Source: Tubulanus polymorphus (lineage: Eukaryota > Animalia > Nemertea). From it: DNA of 64,000 nt. Made by a program: the position numbers and the translations under genes. The notes beneath the pieces were generated by a model, which searched no databases, had not been told where the DNA came from, and worked only from the letters and a program-made list of their open reading frames with translations. The stretch is taken from NCBI RefSeq assembly GCF_964204645.1, contig NC_134025.1, positions 31,352,299 through 31,416,298 of the forward strand. The letters run 5' to 3'. Shown in pieces: positions 1 to 14,770 of this stretch (the first letter of the stretch is position 1; each line of letters begins with the position of its first letter).

Positions 1-3000
1 GCATCTTTGGATGTTGCGTGTGACTCTTCCAATATCCACTAATGATGATATTGGCTTTCTTCCCAACAGCCTCGCTGTCGAGTCGTGGCACCCTTGATGT
101 TAGACTCCGCCCTCTTTATGATTGGCAGCGATCTAAAATAAACGTTGCTATCGTAAAACGCTTACTACAATGAACTTGAATAACGCTTGCGTAAAACAAC
201 GTGACAGCGTCGTAACGTGGCGTTTACGCTGTACATTGTAACTTAACGTTTCGACGTTTATTAATTCGTACAACGTTTTAAAACGTTAGCGGTTTCAACT
301 CGAATATAACGCGTTTCCGGTAAAAATCAGAGTTTTATTAAATAATATCCCGAACGAACGACGAGTGAAGGAGGAGCGCACACGGCACACGAGTATCGCA
401 CACGACTAACACAGGCACACTGAGACTGAGATGTCGTTAGTGCGCGTTCTGTGGTTTTATTGTAACGGAGACGTCGCGTTCATTCATTCAGCGAAACTCG
501 CTCCTCTTTAGAATGTTATTTTCACGCAGGGCTAAAGGACGGAGGAGGTTAAAAACTAGTTTCGGGGTTTAGTTTGTTATACAGTCTCAGACCCTACTAT
601 AATAAAGCCTAGAGGTCCATGGCGTCTATAACAATACGCGTTGAGAGCCGAGAGAGTTGTGAATAATGTTTGCGGTCGCTACACGATATTATTTTTAGAC
701 CGAAAAATATTCTGAATGTAACCAGGGCCGTCTCTTAAAGTTCATTCTCGGCAGTGTATGGATATAGCCGCAGCCGCTGTATCGGGGATTCCGAGGCTCC
801 GTCGCTGTCTAGAGATTTATAGTTTTTTATAAGCAGCGATGAATCAATCGAAAACGTATCATAACAGTTTTAATGCTTTCAACGCCGAGAGGAGGATGAG
901 GAATTCTAGAATGTTTTAAGAATCGGAATTTCTTGACAGATGTTCGGCGCACATAAACGGGCGCATTCACGCTCTATAGAGGGCTTAAAGATGTCTATAG
1001 AACATTTTCTAGACGTCATCACGAAAGAAGAGAAAGATGTCTGTTTACAACCAGAGTTCCAACATTATACACATCTAGATTGTATGTGAAATCGTATGAT
1101 TTAAACATATGTATTTACGCATTGGTTCAACGTGTTCAAAATATGATTCGAACGAACTTTTTACAAATCGAAATGATTAAAGACAAAATTTATCATCAAA
1201 AGATTGAAAATTAAAAAAAACCCGGAAAATACGACGTTTCGAACTGGCGTCAGGTGCGAGGGATTCTTTTAAATTTATCCGTGTCCTTATTTTATAATAT
1301 AATCTCCACGTCTGAGTGTTTACATGGACTATATCAATATTTAGTACGAATAGTTCATCATAGTAACTAAAGCTGACATGAAATATAGCGAATTATGATT
1401 GCTTCCATAAGTCAAATTTTATCCTATAGCCATCTGTATAATTCGAGTGATAGACAGTGTGGGTATATTAGATTTTGGAGTAATTATCTTGACAAGATAA
1501 TCATTCCAAGATAATTACTCCAAGATAAGATGTTTTCTTTGTCATAGACTATAGGTAACACTGTTTCGATTATAGTAGATGATTGGATACAATGAGTTGA
1601 GAGACCGTACAACCCGTAATTCATCAACAGTTTTCACTGATTTACAAAGAAACTCTAAACCACGAGGTAAAAATGCTGTCTAATTTGTAAAGAAACAAGC
1701 CATGCTTTAACCACCGGTATCTAAACTGAGATATTGTTTCGACGAGATAGAATATCCGTACAATAACTGTATATTATATCAATAGAAAATAAACTTCCGC
1801 GTGTTTTTGACCTTGATAATACAAATATAAAATCCCAATTTAATCTTCAGATATGATTCAATCTTTTATCAATGATTGTAAAATATGGATATACTGAGAT
1901 GTATAGACGGTAGACTAAAAAAAAAAAAAAATAAAAATGTTTGTTAAGTTATTTAATGAATTCGCGCAGACTAATGAAACGTTCAGCATTAATTCATCGT
2001 TAATTCTGTAAAATATGTGAAACTAGGAATTAAAAGTAGGATGTTAATTCACATTCCAGTGCTCGGTTCTGTGATGTATAACAGGTTCTCGATTTGTTTA
2101 ATTTCCTGAATATTTAGAATCGGTCTGGTGGTTTCTGGGACCGGTTTAAAAAACAAACGCTTTAATTTCCTCCGAGCAATAAAATACCTGAACTGTTTCT
2201 CACGAATTCAGAAATTATGCACTCATTCCATATTAACAATCTGTGACCCTTAATTGATCGTGTATAATTGCATTTAAAACCGAGAAGTTCAATAGTTTCT
2301 CTATTATTCAAGTACCATATCAATATTTAATCTAATAAAAAAGTAGCAGTTCTCATGAATGTTATTGATAAAACTATGAGCACTTTTTGTAAAATAAACA
2401 TAATAGAAGTGAAGAAAAGTGACCGAAATGTTTCCTATGCTAGTATTGTTTATCAACATTTCCACTATATCTGTAGACACTATCGATTAGATATTACACG
2501 AAATTTGACCAAAGTTACTATTAGAATTTAAAGTTGAAATAAATCAACCCGATGAAACTCATTTCGCTCTATTTTTCCTCTTTCTCTTACTGAACAAGGA
2601 TTTGATAATCAGTGCATGTATTAGAATGTAATATGAAACCAGTTCTCTATTTGTAGATGTTCGTTACTCATCTTACACATTGTAACACTCGTTAACTACG
2701 CCTTTTACGTAATTTCAATTATCGATAATGAACTTACCACTGCAGATATCTATATATCAACTCCTATCTGATGTCTGATATCTAATGTCTGATGTCGAAT
2801 CACGCAGAGAGTTAGTTATAGGTCCGTCTTCGAGAGAGAGAATCACGAATGATATCTGTCTCAATCGAACAGTCTTTATTTATAGGAGTTTATAGGATTA
2901 ATTACACATATATCTGCAGGCGTCAAGTCTGGCGACCACTAAAACAGTTTTTTTTAAACGTCGTTCAGATAAATCCTAATCAAACGAGATTTTTACAATT

Positions 3001-4682
3001 CCTTATAAACATGATTAATGTGTAATAGTCTGAGTGAGTGTTAGTCTGTAATTAGTCCGTACACAAGACAATCATAGATTCATCCAATATCAGTTATTCA
3101 ACCTACCGAGCAATTAACTAAATAAAAATCGGGCTATCGCTTTTACTTAAAACACCTAAAACCCGACCGCTGCCTAATATAGTTAATCCGTAGATTAATG
3201 CGGATTATTGATGTGAACTAGACGGATAATAGGTCTCGCGACTTAACAATCGGGATTAGACTCTAATTAAGCCGGTGTTTATTTAATTATTAACGAATTG
3301 CGGTAATCAAACACGAATTTGAAATGAATGATTTATTTCCGGTCTGGCGGTCACACGCTTTCGCGGGTTCGCCGGTAATTAACTGCACAATCTCACGCCT
3401 TATACGGGATGGGTTTCAGCAACCATTCACTAATTACTTTCTCCACCCATTTCTTTCGTCGTTTTTAAGACGTTGTTTCATATTTGAAGTGAAATTCCAC
3501 GCATATAAGAAACTGTTGTTGGGAACTCTTTCCCATCCATCTCTCCGCGCATGGCGTTTTTATTTCTGAAAATATGCGGCCAGCCAACGCTCCACGGATC
3601 AACATACTTCTCTTTTAAACTTCCCTCCATTTTTTCAGGTAACCTGGAAGTCGTTATATCAGCTAATCGAACTAATTTACGCGCGCATGTGCACAACGCG
3701 CCGTTACTGAAATTAGATTCACCTGGACCTCTTTACCCTCGGCGTATTATTACAAGATTGACAAATATTTAACATCTTTATTAATTTAGATATTCAGTTT
3801 TACTCGTTAGAAATCGTGTATTGTTTTCGATAGTATCAGCGTCATGATGGACGTAAATCACAAGCGACTTTTACTGATATAAAAAGGCACGATGACGGCC
3901 ATTCTGACGTCAGACATGACACAGGTAAACAATAAGCGTGACGTCCATGCATTGCATTTATGGAAACTATCCTGGAAACTATGTGATTTTAGAAGTTAAC
4001 TTTATTGGGGCGGTTTCTGGGGTCTCAGTTATCTGGGGGTACAGATAGTTGGGCGTCCTTCAATAGATGTAACATCAAATACTTCAACTATACTCGTATA
4101 GAATTTCAATGATATTCGTTATCAATAATCTCTATATTATATACATTGTAAAGTTACAATGTAGTAAATAAATTCGTTATTTAAACAGTTTTGAATCTGT
4201 CACTAACATCGTCTGCTAGTGTGTCACGTGTCACCGGTCACATAGATGGCGCTCGATGACGGTAACGCGATATTAGTCGAGCGAATTTTGACCTGTTTGC
4301 GGGCTTCATCTTATGTCCCGGATCATTTTACCTTTTGAAGAATGTTTACGTGTTTGTACATCCTCTTGTATAGATAAAAACATTAAAAACTAAATCTGCT
4401 ACTCTTCTGCTATAAAATCTGCAGTAATCGGCTTCAAAATCTGATAAACTGCGACAAGAAAGGTTAGGTAATAAGCATCTCCCCGGCGGACGAACTATGA
4501 GCGTCTGAGGAGAGTTAAAACGAAAAGAAGACCAAACGTAAAGAGATTACTTCCATTAAAATTCCACGGTTCGTCGGAAGCGTGGGAAAACTCAACGCTA
4601 GAAACAACTACTATCAGTTACTATTTGACTCGCGAGCGTAAATACGAGGCCAGGTGAAACTACAAGCATGCATCGAGGGTAC

Positions 4683-4982
4683 GAGAGTGGAGAGAGTGAG
4701 GAGAGATGAGGAGAGAGAGAGAGGAGGAGAGAGGGAGGGAGAGAGAGAGAGATAGGAGAGAGGAGGAGAGAGAGGGAGAGAGAGAGATAGAGGGGGAGGA
4801 GAGAGTAAGAGGAGAGAGAGAGGGAGAGAGAGTGAGAGGAGAGAGGGGCCGGTGGAGGAGAGAGATATAGGGGGAGCGAGTGAGGAGAGGGAGAGGGAGC
4901 GAGTGATGAGAGAGAGAGAGGGGTAGAGAGGGGGGAGAGAGAGGGAAATAGGGAAGGGAGAGAGCAGAGAGAGAGAGGGAGA
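4683..4982. repeat. GA-rich low-complexity/microsatellite tract
   Basis: About 300 bp almost entirely of A/G; explains the spurious S/L/P-rich ORF 4660-5109. Confidence 0.9.
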
Positions 4983-6167
4983 ACATTGGAACCGCGGCCT
5001 CAGATTGATGATCTATCATGAGATTTTCAATTATCAAAACAAGATTTAGTATTGGTTCTAAAGGACAGTGAGTGACATCTATAATTATATGTGTGACCTG
5101 TATGTTCAATCCTACGAATCACCAAAATACAATTAGTTGTTTAAATTTTATCGCACGGAACAAGAGGTTTATACAATGTTAACAAGAGAATAAACTTTCT
5201 AAATAAATGGTGCTGAATTCCTTCGATTAAAGAGGCGTGAAAGGGCTGTTTTTACAGCCTATCTCTGACCCGAAATGAACTCGCTCGTGGTCACCTGATC
5301 GAATTCCCTTTCGTTTAGAACCCATCCATAGAGCCACCGTGAATTGAATTCAGAATCTGAAGAATTTCATCCATTAACACAAACTTTCGTTACAAAGAAT
5401 CCAAGATCTATGATAATATTCTATTGTCGGTACCAAGACGAGACTACCGAGTTAGGAAGCCTAAAAAACATGAAAGTGAATTATTTCATTTCCAATGAGT
5501 GGAACTGAATGGAACTGAATGGAACTGAGTGGAACTGAATGGCCGCATTGAGACAATTGAAACATTTTCTTACTGAATACTTCCATTCTGTGCCCTGCTG
5601 ATCAGACAGACACATTAGTCTCCAGGCTATTCAACTATTATACAAATCATAAACCTGAAAGAAATCGCTTAATGAATTCTTATCAGGAAATTTCAAATCC
5701 GATTTAAGTAAAAATACACGAATTAAGAAAAGCATTTAAACGCTATTAGCCTCGTAATTGAGGTGATCACCCAAAATAAAATGTCGTTTAAAAATCTGCG
5801 CGTGTTTTATTAAAGTGATCTAATTCAATCTAACAATTTATCAATAACGGTTTAAAAGTGTTTTATTGTCAAAGATCGGATTACATCGGATTAGCTGTTT
5901 GAAATAAACCGTCTGGCGGATTATTGTCCTATAATCCCGAATATCAGACGATCTCTAATCTCACTAGACTTTCAAATATCGATTTTTTTAGGTGTCTAAA
6001 TGTACTATCAACAATGTCCGCTCGATCTTCGTAGAAATTGATGCAATTTTTTAGATTAAGAAGAAAAAAAAGATTTTCGCAGAACATACCTTGATATCAA
6101 TATTTTCATTGTACAAATATCCTTTTTGAATCCTTTGATTAATTGTGACGCACTTTAGGTTGTTCAT

Positions 6168-6286
6168 ACCTGTAGACATGTCAGCCTAGAGGGGGTTAGA
6201 ACCTGTAGACATGTCAGCCTAGAGAGGGGGTTAGAACCTGTAGACATGTCAGCCTAGAGGGGGTTAGAACCTGTAGACATGTTAAC
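6168..6286. repeat. ~33-bp minisatellite, about 3.5 copies
   Basis: Unit acctgtagacatgtcagcctagagggggttaga repeated in tandem. Confidence 0.9.
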
Positions 6287-9065
6287 CTACACTCAACACG
6301 TCCCGAGGGGGTTAAAGCTATCGAAATGGATCCTGGATCATGGTATACAGTTCTTGGTTAGAACTAGTCCCTTTTCTAGCCCAAGATTCAGTAACACAAT
6401 GATGGCTAAGACATAATACCAGTCTAAGATCACTTTGGTTCTATAGCCAATAAAAAAACAACCAGTCTAGGACCAAATTTGTTCTATAGCCAAACCCGCA
6501 ACTTGATTTATGATGACTTTCAACTGCCCAGAACTGTATCAAAACTGACCTGTATATGTATCATAGCACTGTATCAAAACTGACCTGTATCTGTTAGAAA
6601 CTTCCTCTCTCCTCTGGAGGCAAGGAGAGGATAAAGATTAAATGTTGCAACATCTTCAACACGTTGAAACATGTATTTTTATAGAAACCGCAGCTGTCAA
6701 ATAATGTCTCATCTCTTTAGACCAGACAGTGACCTATAAACCACCTATATACCTATCCTTCAGTCTGTATCTGGAGTAAAACGTATCGCGTGACTGATTC
6801 AAATCTCATCAAATTCATTTCTTTAAGGAAACAATTGAGAGATTTTCATCACGACCGAATCTAATCTATTATTCAATCAAACCATTTGGCCGCACCGCGA
6901 AAAGAAAAAACAATTACACATATGCTGATGTTTGACTGACTCTACTTCTGGGGGCCACTTCCTGCTCTTCGTTAGACAGGTCTTAAGTTGTTTTATGAAA
7001 TGGTTTTAAGTTGTAAGATTGGTTTATACCCGTCCAGTTCACGAGCAACTTAAAATTAAACGGTGATTTTTTACATGTATATGAATTAATTTTATGCAAA
7101 ATTGCTGTTTAGAAAATGAACCTGAAAAACGTTTTGACCCCTACAAACATAGTCAGTTTCACTGTTCTATCGGAATCCAGGGTAAAAACATCGCAAATCA
7201 ACTCATTTCAAATCTGTTGAGTTAAAGTGAACATTGAGAACTGTGGAACCGTGGAACTGTGGAACCGTGGGACTGTGGAAATGTGGAAACGTGGAACTGG
7301 GTTCTGCTGTTAAATTTATAAAATAAAGAACGGTCTGAATAAGAGGAGATATTTTATACAGTAATAAACGACTACGATATCTAGACACCGACGACATGAG
7401 ATTTTTAAATTTTAAATTCAACCGCTTCAACGGTACTGAAAGCAATCTTGTTATCTCGTTCAATGACAGAAGTAAGGTTTTGATTTCAACTTTTTAAACT
7501 CTTTTTTATAACCAATGAATGAAAACTTGTGATATGAATTCCAACTATTCATGTAATAATCTCAAGGTCAATTGACCTGTTATTGTCAAGTACTCACGCC
7601 CCCGTCTAGCTGGGACATTCACCTTCTACACGTATAACTACTCCCTTAAACAACAATAATATATTTCATTGTTGACTCTTGTTGATTCTTGCGGTTTTTT
7701 AGCTGTGAAATAAGAAATAGCTTCTGTCACACAACTGTCACCGAGAAGAACTGTCACTGTCAAGGACTCTCGCTGTCGAAACTGTTACGATCTAGAAATG
7801 GCTCTATATCTAAAACTGTCACTGTCAATAAATGTCTAAAACAGTCACTGTCTGTAATTGTTACCGCCTAAAACTGTCACTACACTTTTGGGAACCGAAA
7901 TGAACTGTTATATTTCCTCTAATTAGAATATGTTGTATCGTCAATAAGTATTTCTAGACTCGATATTTAGTGAAACAGAATAAGTTCTTGTTAAAATTCA
8001 TCAATGAAAATATATCGACTTTGCAGCGTCAACAGAACTCACACGAATGAAAGATTTAACGATAACTAACATCTCTGAGTCCGTGAAGTAACAACTCTGA
8101 GTCCGTGTTGTAAAGGTGATAATATACAATCCACAAACAATCAATGAAAACAATCCGAAATGTTTCCTTGAGCGCGGATACATCCGTAATTAGAGTCCGT
8201 ATTCCTGTCTGTTAGGTTACGATAAGTCGAAACGTCGAATGAACAACCACGGCTCAAAGAAACATTTTCGAACTTTTATCTTTCATTTTTAATGTTGGAT
8301 TTTTGCAAACGATAGCGAAGTTGTCTTGTTCAGTCCGCGGTGTGGAAACGGGCGCGTGTGCAGAGGTTTAGTTTTCCCTGTGTAGGCGAAACATTTCTTC
8401 GTTGGCTCGACGCAACGAAACGATTGCTGAAATACCTTCTAACGACTTGAAGTATTTTCTCATGCGGCTGATCGTGGGAGCCGAACGAAACGTTCGAAAC
8501 TTGAAAGGGATCGGGTTTATTCAATCTTACTATGTGCATAAACTAGACTGCGAACTTAATTGTTAGAACATTGTTAAATGACATATTCCATTTGTACTGT
8601 TGGTATTGTGTGAGCCAATATCGAACGGCTATTAAACATAACACATGGGAATCTTTCGTTTTAGACATATTTTTGACTTGTTTATCCAGGTATAGTTCGA
8701 TTTGACGATGTTTTAAATGGAATAACGGTTAATTTGATAACGACTCACGCTGCGATTCGGCGACCTTTTAATTTGTGGTTGCTTTCATCGAGGTGTATAA
8801 AGGATTTGAAAAGAAGCAAGGCCAATAATGCGTATATGAATGGATCTTGCGTTAAAAATATGCGTCCTTTTAAACTGTATTAGGTGTGTCGATAAGAACC
8901 ACAGCGAAATGAGAGTTTCGAAGTCACACCTGAAGTCACAAGTCGTAGAGAGTCAATGTGAAACAAGGACTGAAATGGTTACTAGTATCACACAGCATAG
9001 ATTAGTGGCGAAAAATAGGCTGGCTCCGATCAAGGGCTATGTTGCACAGTCGTGACTGTCTTGTC

Positions 9066-9345
9066 TCTCAGATAGCCACCCCGATTAGATGCCCACGCTC
9101 AGTTACTCGCCCTCAGATAGCCGCCCCGATTAGGTGCCCACACTCAGTTGCCTGCACTCAGATAGCCGCCCCGATTAGGTGCCCACACCCAGTTGCTTGC
9201 TCTCAGATAGCCGCCCCGATTAGATGCCCACGCCCAGTTGCTTGCCCTCAGATAGCCACCCCGATTAGATGCCCACGCCCAGTTGCTAGCCCTCAGATAG
9301 CCACCCCGATTAGATGCCCACGCCCAGTTGCTTGCCCTCAGATAG
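9066..9345. repeat. 45-bp minisatellite, about 6 copies
   Basis: Unit ctcagatagccRccccgattagRtgcccacRcYcagttgc...; gives the 15-aa periodic ORF 9039-9482. Confidence 0.92.
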
Positions 9346-12300
9346 CTATAGTCAATAAGGTGTCCGCGCGATCAGCTCTCTCCCAGCGCCCTAGTGCGGT
9401 TCACACAGTCATATCGAGGTTACGTATAATCGCGTGGGTGGACGACGCCACCGGTTTCGTTTGTTGTTATAATTATAAATAGCGAATCAATGATCTCATG
9501 ATGAAAAAACTCCCTGCGAGAATCATTAGTTTAAAAAAAAACTCGTTTTGGAATTTTATGAACGGCGCGCGTGTCACGTGACGCACGTGAAGTGTCATAC
9601 TCAATGAGAAGGGTTACACGTGACAGATTTCCATCAGTGCGCGTAGCATCTTGTACCCGCGATGGGGAGGGGGTGGAGAGACCGAGGGCACTCGAGGTGT
9701 GGGGTGTGACGTCACTGTGTCCTATGTCCCAATGGGCATTACTGTGCCCAGTGCTTTACTGGCCCAGCGTAGTATGCCCGGGGTCTTACTGAACATCGCC
9801 GCTGTGTCGATGACCTTCTGGGCATAAGCACGCCCAGGGACTCACTCAGCATTTACTGGACATTACTGCACCCGAGGCCTCAATAAACTTGAGTACGCCC
9901 AGGGTTTTACTGGACACTAAGTATGGATTGTCCGTGGATTTTACCAGCGGTGTGCCAGCGGTGTCCCAGCGGTGTGCCAGTGGTGTCCGAGCGGTGTGCC
10001 AGTGGTGTGCCTAGGGTTCAGTTGCAGACTCTTTCTATAGTCAATCTGACAACTTAAGAACAGTTTTAAGATCTAAAACATTTTTTTTGGACTTAAGTCA
10101 CAACTGAGCTTTGAACTTCATCAAAAATATTTGAGATGAGTGCAAAATATTTCAGGGTTCGTTTGGCACGAGTCGTCGGTGTATTTTGCAGTGAATTATT
10201 CGAGGCATTCAGATGACAATGTTTGAGGATGGTTTAACGCATTCCACAGTAAAAAGCCCTCGGGAAAAAAATATAGTCAGGTGTGCGAACGCGAGCACTT
10301 GTAAAATAGAGAATATAAATTGAAACCCGTTTTCTGCCCTTCCTTTTTTAAACAGTAGCAGAAAAATTTGATGTATTGGACAAACATAGATTTTATAATA
10401 CAGAGGAGGACTTTAAGAGGTCATAATGTCATCGGTTGTTAATAGAATATTGAGACCAGCTTTTATAAAACAGTTCGATTTCCCACGAGAGAATATCAGT
10501 GTAGAATCTATCGGTATTTCACACACTGCAATGAGTCACTACCTAGGCCCGCGTATTGAGCCGCCTGCCTGCCTGACTGTGTGTGACGTCATTTTCCATT
10601 CATAATTTCCTCATTCCACAGTTTAGTCGCAGATAACGCGATTTATGAATAGAATATCCAGTTTCAGTCTAGCACCGGGGGTCAGGTATTGTAAAAAGCG
10701 CAACATCGATGCCGATAGATTTTTTTTCTATCTTTTTTTTAAATTCTGAACTTGCGCAACTCATGCGCAACGATTCAAAAACGTGGCGTTCGTTGAAAGT
10801 TCAAGTTCCCACGATATCAGAGCGGTCCGATAATTATTGTGCAAGATTTCATAAAATCAAATTTATTTGCACGCGCTCTCGAGTGACAAAAACTTTCTCA
10901 CGGAAACTTTCTGATCTGGGTTTTTTCGAATTGCACAATGCAGATTCGAACCCGGGTCCGACGTTGACCAAAGATGTTTGCATTTGTGCGCTATCATTAT
11001 CACAAACTTGACCTTGACATCAGTTTGAAAAAGTTTATGCAAATTTGCACAACATTTTTAAAAACATGAAATTGATATCTGGAAAGAAGTTTTTCGCCAA
11101 TGTAGGGGATTCACGCTAGTTGCGTCGCTATGGTTTCGTTATCGATTGTTGAATTTGATCTCCCCCAGATATTTTCAAGAAATATCAAAATCAGTAAAAC
11201 TTAAATTTTCAAATTTCAATTCTAAAATTTCAAAATGTCAAATCTCTGATATAAATTGGCTACAAATCTAAAAGTTCGATCGATAAGTTTTTTCCAGAAA
11301 ATTTCTTTTAAAAGTTTAATCAATTCAAAAAAAAGAAATTCAAAAAAGCAAAGCGAAATTTACACACAAAAATACAATTCCTACCGTCATATTTTTTGCC
11401 GATAATTAAATTCCTTATTGCAGTAATTGATAAGATAGTTACAGCTCCAGCTTAACTGATACCCACAGCGTGGGAACGCGTGCAGCTCTACTCAACGGTC
11501 GTTCTATTGATAGGCTTCGATATATACATGAATGACAGGACCGCGTCAGAATAAAAGTGTGGCTTGACATGAGAGAACAACTATTAAAAACGTCGCCAGA
11601 ATTGTCAATACCAGTTCAGATATTTCAGTAGTTCTCACGGTACGAAGTAAGACCGAGTCGTCTCATCGTCCCCGGGTTTAACCGCGGTTTACATAATTAC
11701 CTCGCAATAACTATACATTTTAACCGCTCTTAAATATTTCACAATTTGGTGACGTTTTTTTCTTTAAAAAGTCGCACGAATTCTATACATTTTTCTCGTT
11801 TATTCGATAGTGAAAATAACAATCTGTGTGAATGAAAATGACGTCATTCGGAGATATCCCTCTCGAGTTTGTAAACAAAGAAATCACTCGCATTGACACG
11901 TTTTCAAACTTTTAGCCTGCTTGGAGGAAATTCGATCAAGAATGTTGAATTAAAAACGTCAACTAATTTTCTAAATCAATTTCCACAGTTCTTGGTAACA
12001 TTTGACTTCAACTCGCAAAGGCACTTATAACTGTAATACTGAAAAACTGTAGAACTGGGTCTTCAGAATCCAGTCTTGACTTGGTTCACACATCTATAAC
12101 ACCTATAAGTCTGTCTTAAGTTGTTAGATCGGTTATAGAACCAAAATATATAAAACTATAAAACTGGACTCCCGTTTAGAAAGTCAGTTAGACAGCTGCA
12201 CTGTCGTCTGTCCAGAGGATTGTCAGCTGTTTCAGTCAGCTGCTGCAGCTGGGATACGGAATGGATGGATTCACCGGGTCAGTCAAACCCCACCTGTTCT

Positions 12301-12719
12301 GTTAAACACTTCCTCTATCGGATTCTCAGTATGTTCTTTGTTTTCAAAAACTCTCGCGAATTATTTCTTGTAGAAGTTATGAATATATTGTGTACGATTT
12401 AACATGATTAGATCTTTAAGATATAGAAATGAATATCTATTACAGGTTCAAACTGTCCGTCTGTAAGTAGGAATATAAATCGGTTGTTGAATATTGTAGT
12501 ATGGATGGCCTTTAGTCTGATGGAAGATGGGTTTTTTATGATGGCGGACTGTCAGTCGAGCGTAATTTCATAAATTATCTAGAAAAGAGTCATGACCTGT
12601 ATTATCATTACTGTATGATAAATAAACTAATTAATAAAGAGCGCGTGCGCGCATGCGTGAGTGCGATGTATGAGTTGAGGTTGTTCTCACTGTTACAAGA
12701 CGATGTTACAGTTAATTAC

Positions 12720-12732
12720 CTTCTGTTCTCAT
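12720..12732 (-). other. candidate alternative first coding exon (MRTE, phase 1) of an unidentified minus-strand gene
   Basis: Minus strand reads ggtgATG AGA ACA GAA G|gtaatt, just downstream of a long CT-rich tract. The signal is short and could be chance. Confidence 0.2.
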
Positions 12733-12820
12733 CACCTGTCCAGACATATATCTATCTATCCGCGAACTAACTCACAACTTTGTTCTTACAACAAAAATCT
12801 CTACATAAGCAGTACCGAAT

Positions 12821-13790
<970 letters not shown>

Positions 13791-14696
13791 ATCTTTAGGG
13801 TATGATCTGTGGAACTGGATCTGATGTTCAGCGGGAATCGAGTCCTATATTCTACAGCTATCTAAACTTTAGGACTTCAGATTAATAACTAGATCTACAG
13901 CACCAGCCGCATCGGAATAAAATGTTACAATTTTGATGTCCTGTTTAGTGTTAAGTAATGGTTGAAATGCGTGTAGACTTGTGGGCGACGCGATCTGAAG
14001 AAAATGTATCCAAATTTTCCAAAGCTTTGGCTATGTTTAATATTCAGTGTTTAAAACATTGTCATTCAGTTACAATGGATATCAGCTTACACGCGTAGAA
14101 ACACATAACACCAACACGCGGTCTTATCAACTTCTTTAACCCTTAATCTACCGGTGTTATTCAAACTCAAACAGATTTTCTATCACGTTTGTTTTTAATA
14201 TAAATATGTGATGAATCTTTGCCGACGCATACCAGACCCGTAGATAAAATACATATATCAGTTCTCACAAATCTGATCTTCTCAGTTTTCCTTATTTATT
14301 CCAAGTTTTCTCTCTCTGTTTCTCTCCTCCTCAGGTATAATTCATAATTTCCTGGACTAGAAACATTTCCACGAAATGTATTTATATACTAGACGTGAGA
14401 ATACCTGTTAGCATTACGTGTGTATATAAACTTCAACTTCACTAAAAAAAAGTACCTCCAGAAAAGTAAACACTCGCGGAACTCGTGAAGAGTAATCATC
14501 GCCCTTATTAACAGCTTTATATTCTAAAACGTACTAAAAGTTACATCTTTATTTCATCGTGGCATAAAAAAAAGGTTAAAAAGTTTAGAGGAATGTTTTT
14601 AAGAGGCCTGAACCCTGCGAACAACCCCAGGATTAGTGTCACATACTGCGAGTCATTGACTGACGACCAATGTGACCATGTCGTCAGGTGTCAACT

Positions 14697-14717
14697 GTCT
14701 CTGTGGCGCAATCGGTC

Positions 14718-14763
<46 letters not shown>

Positions 14764-14770
14764 AGGGACG
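14697..14770 (+). tRNA. tRNA-Asn (anticodon GTT)
   Basis: 74 nt GTCTCTGTGGCGCAATCGGTCAGCGCGTTCGGCTGTTAACCGAAAGGTTGGTGGTTCAAGCCCACCCAGGGACG. It has an acceptor stem, A/B boxes, anticodon arm TTCGG-CTGTTAA-CCGAA, and a T7 Pol III terminator at 14781-14787. Confidence 0.98.

Noticed and set aside
9039-9482. 147-aa Cys/Pro periodic ORF
   Set aside because: Product of a 45-bp minisatellite; no recognisable domain or supporting exon structure.
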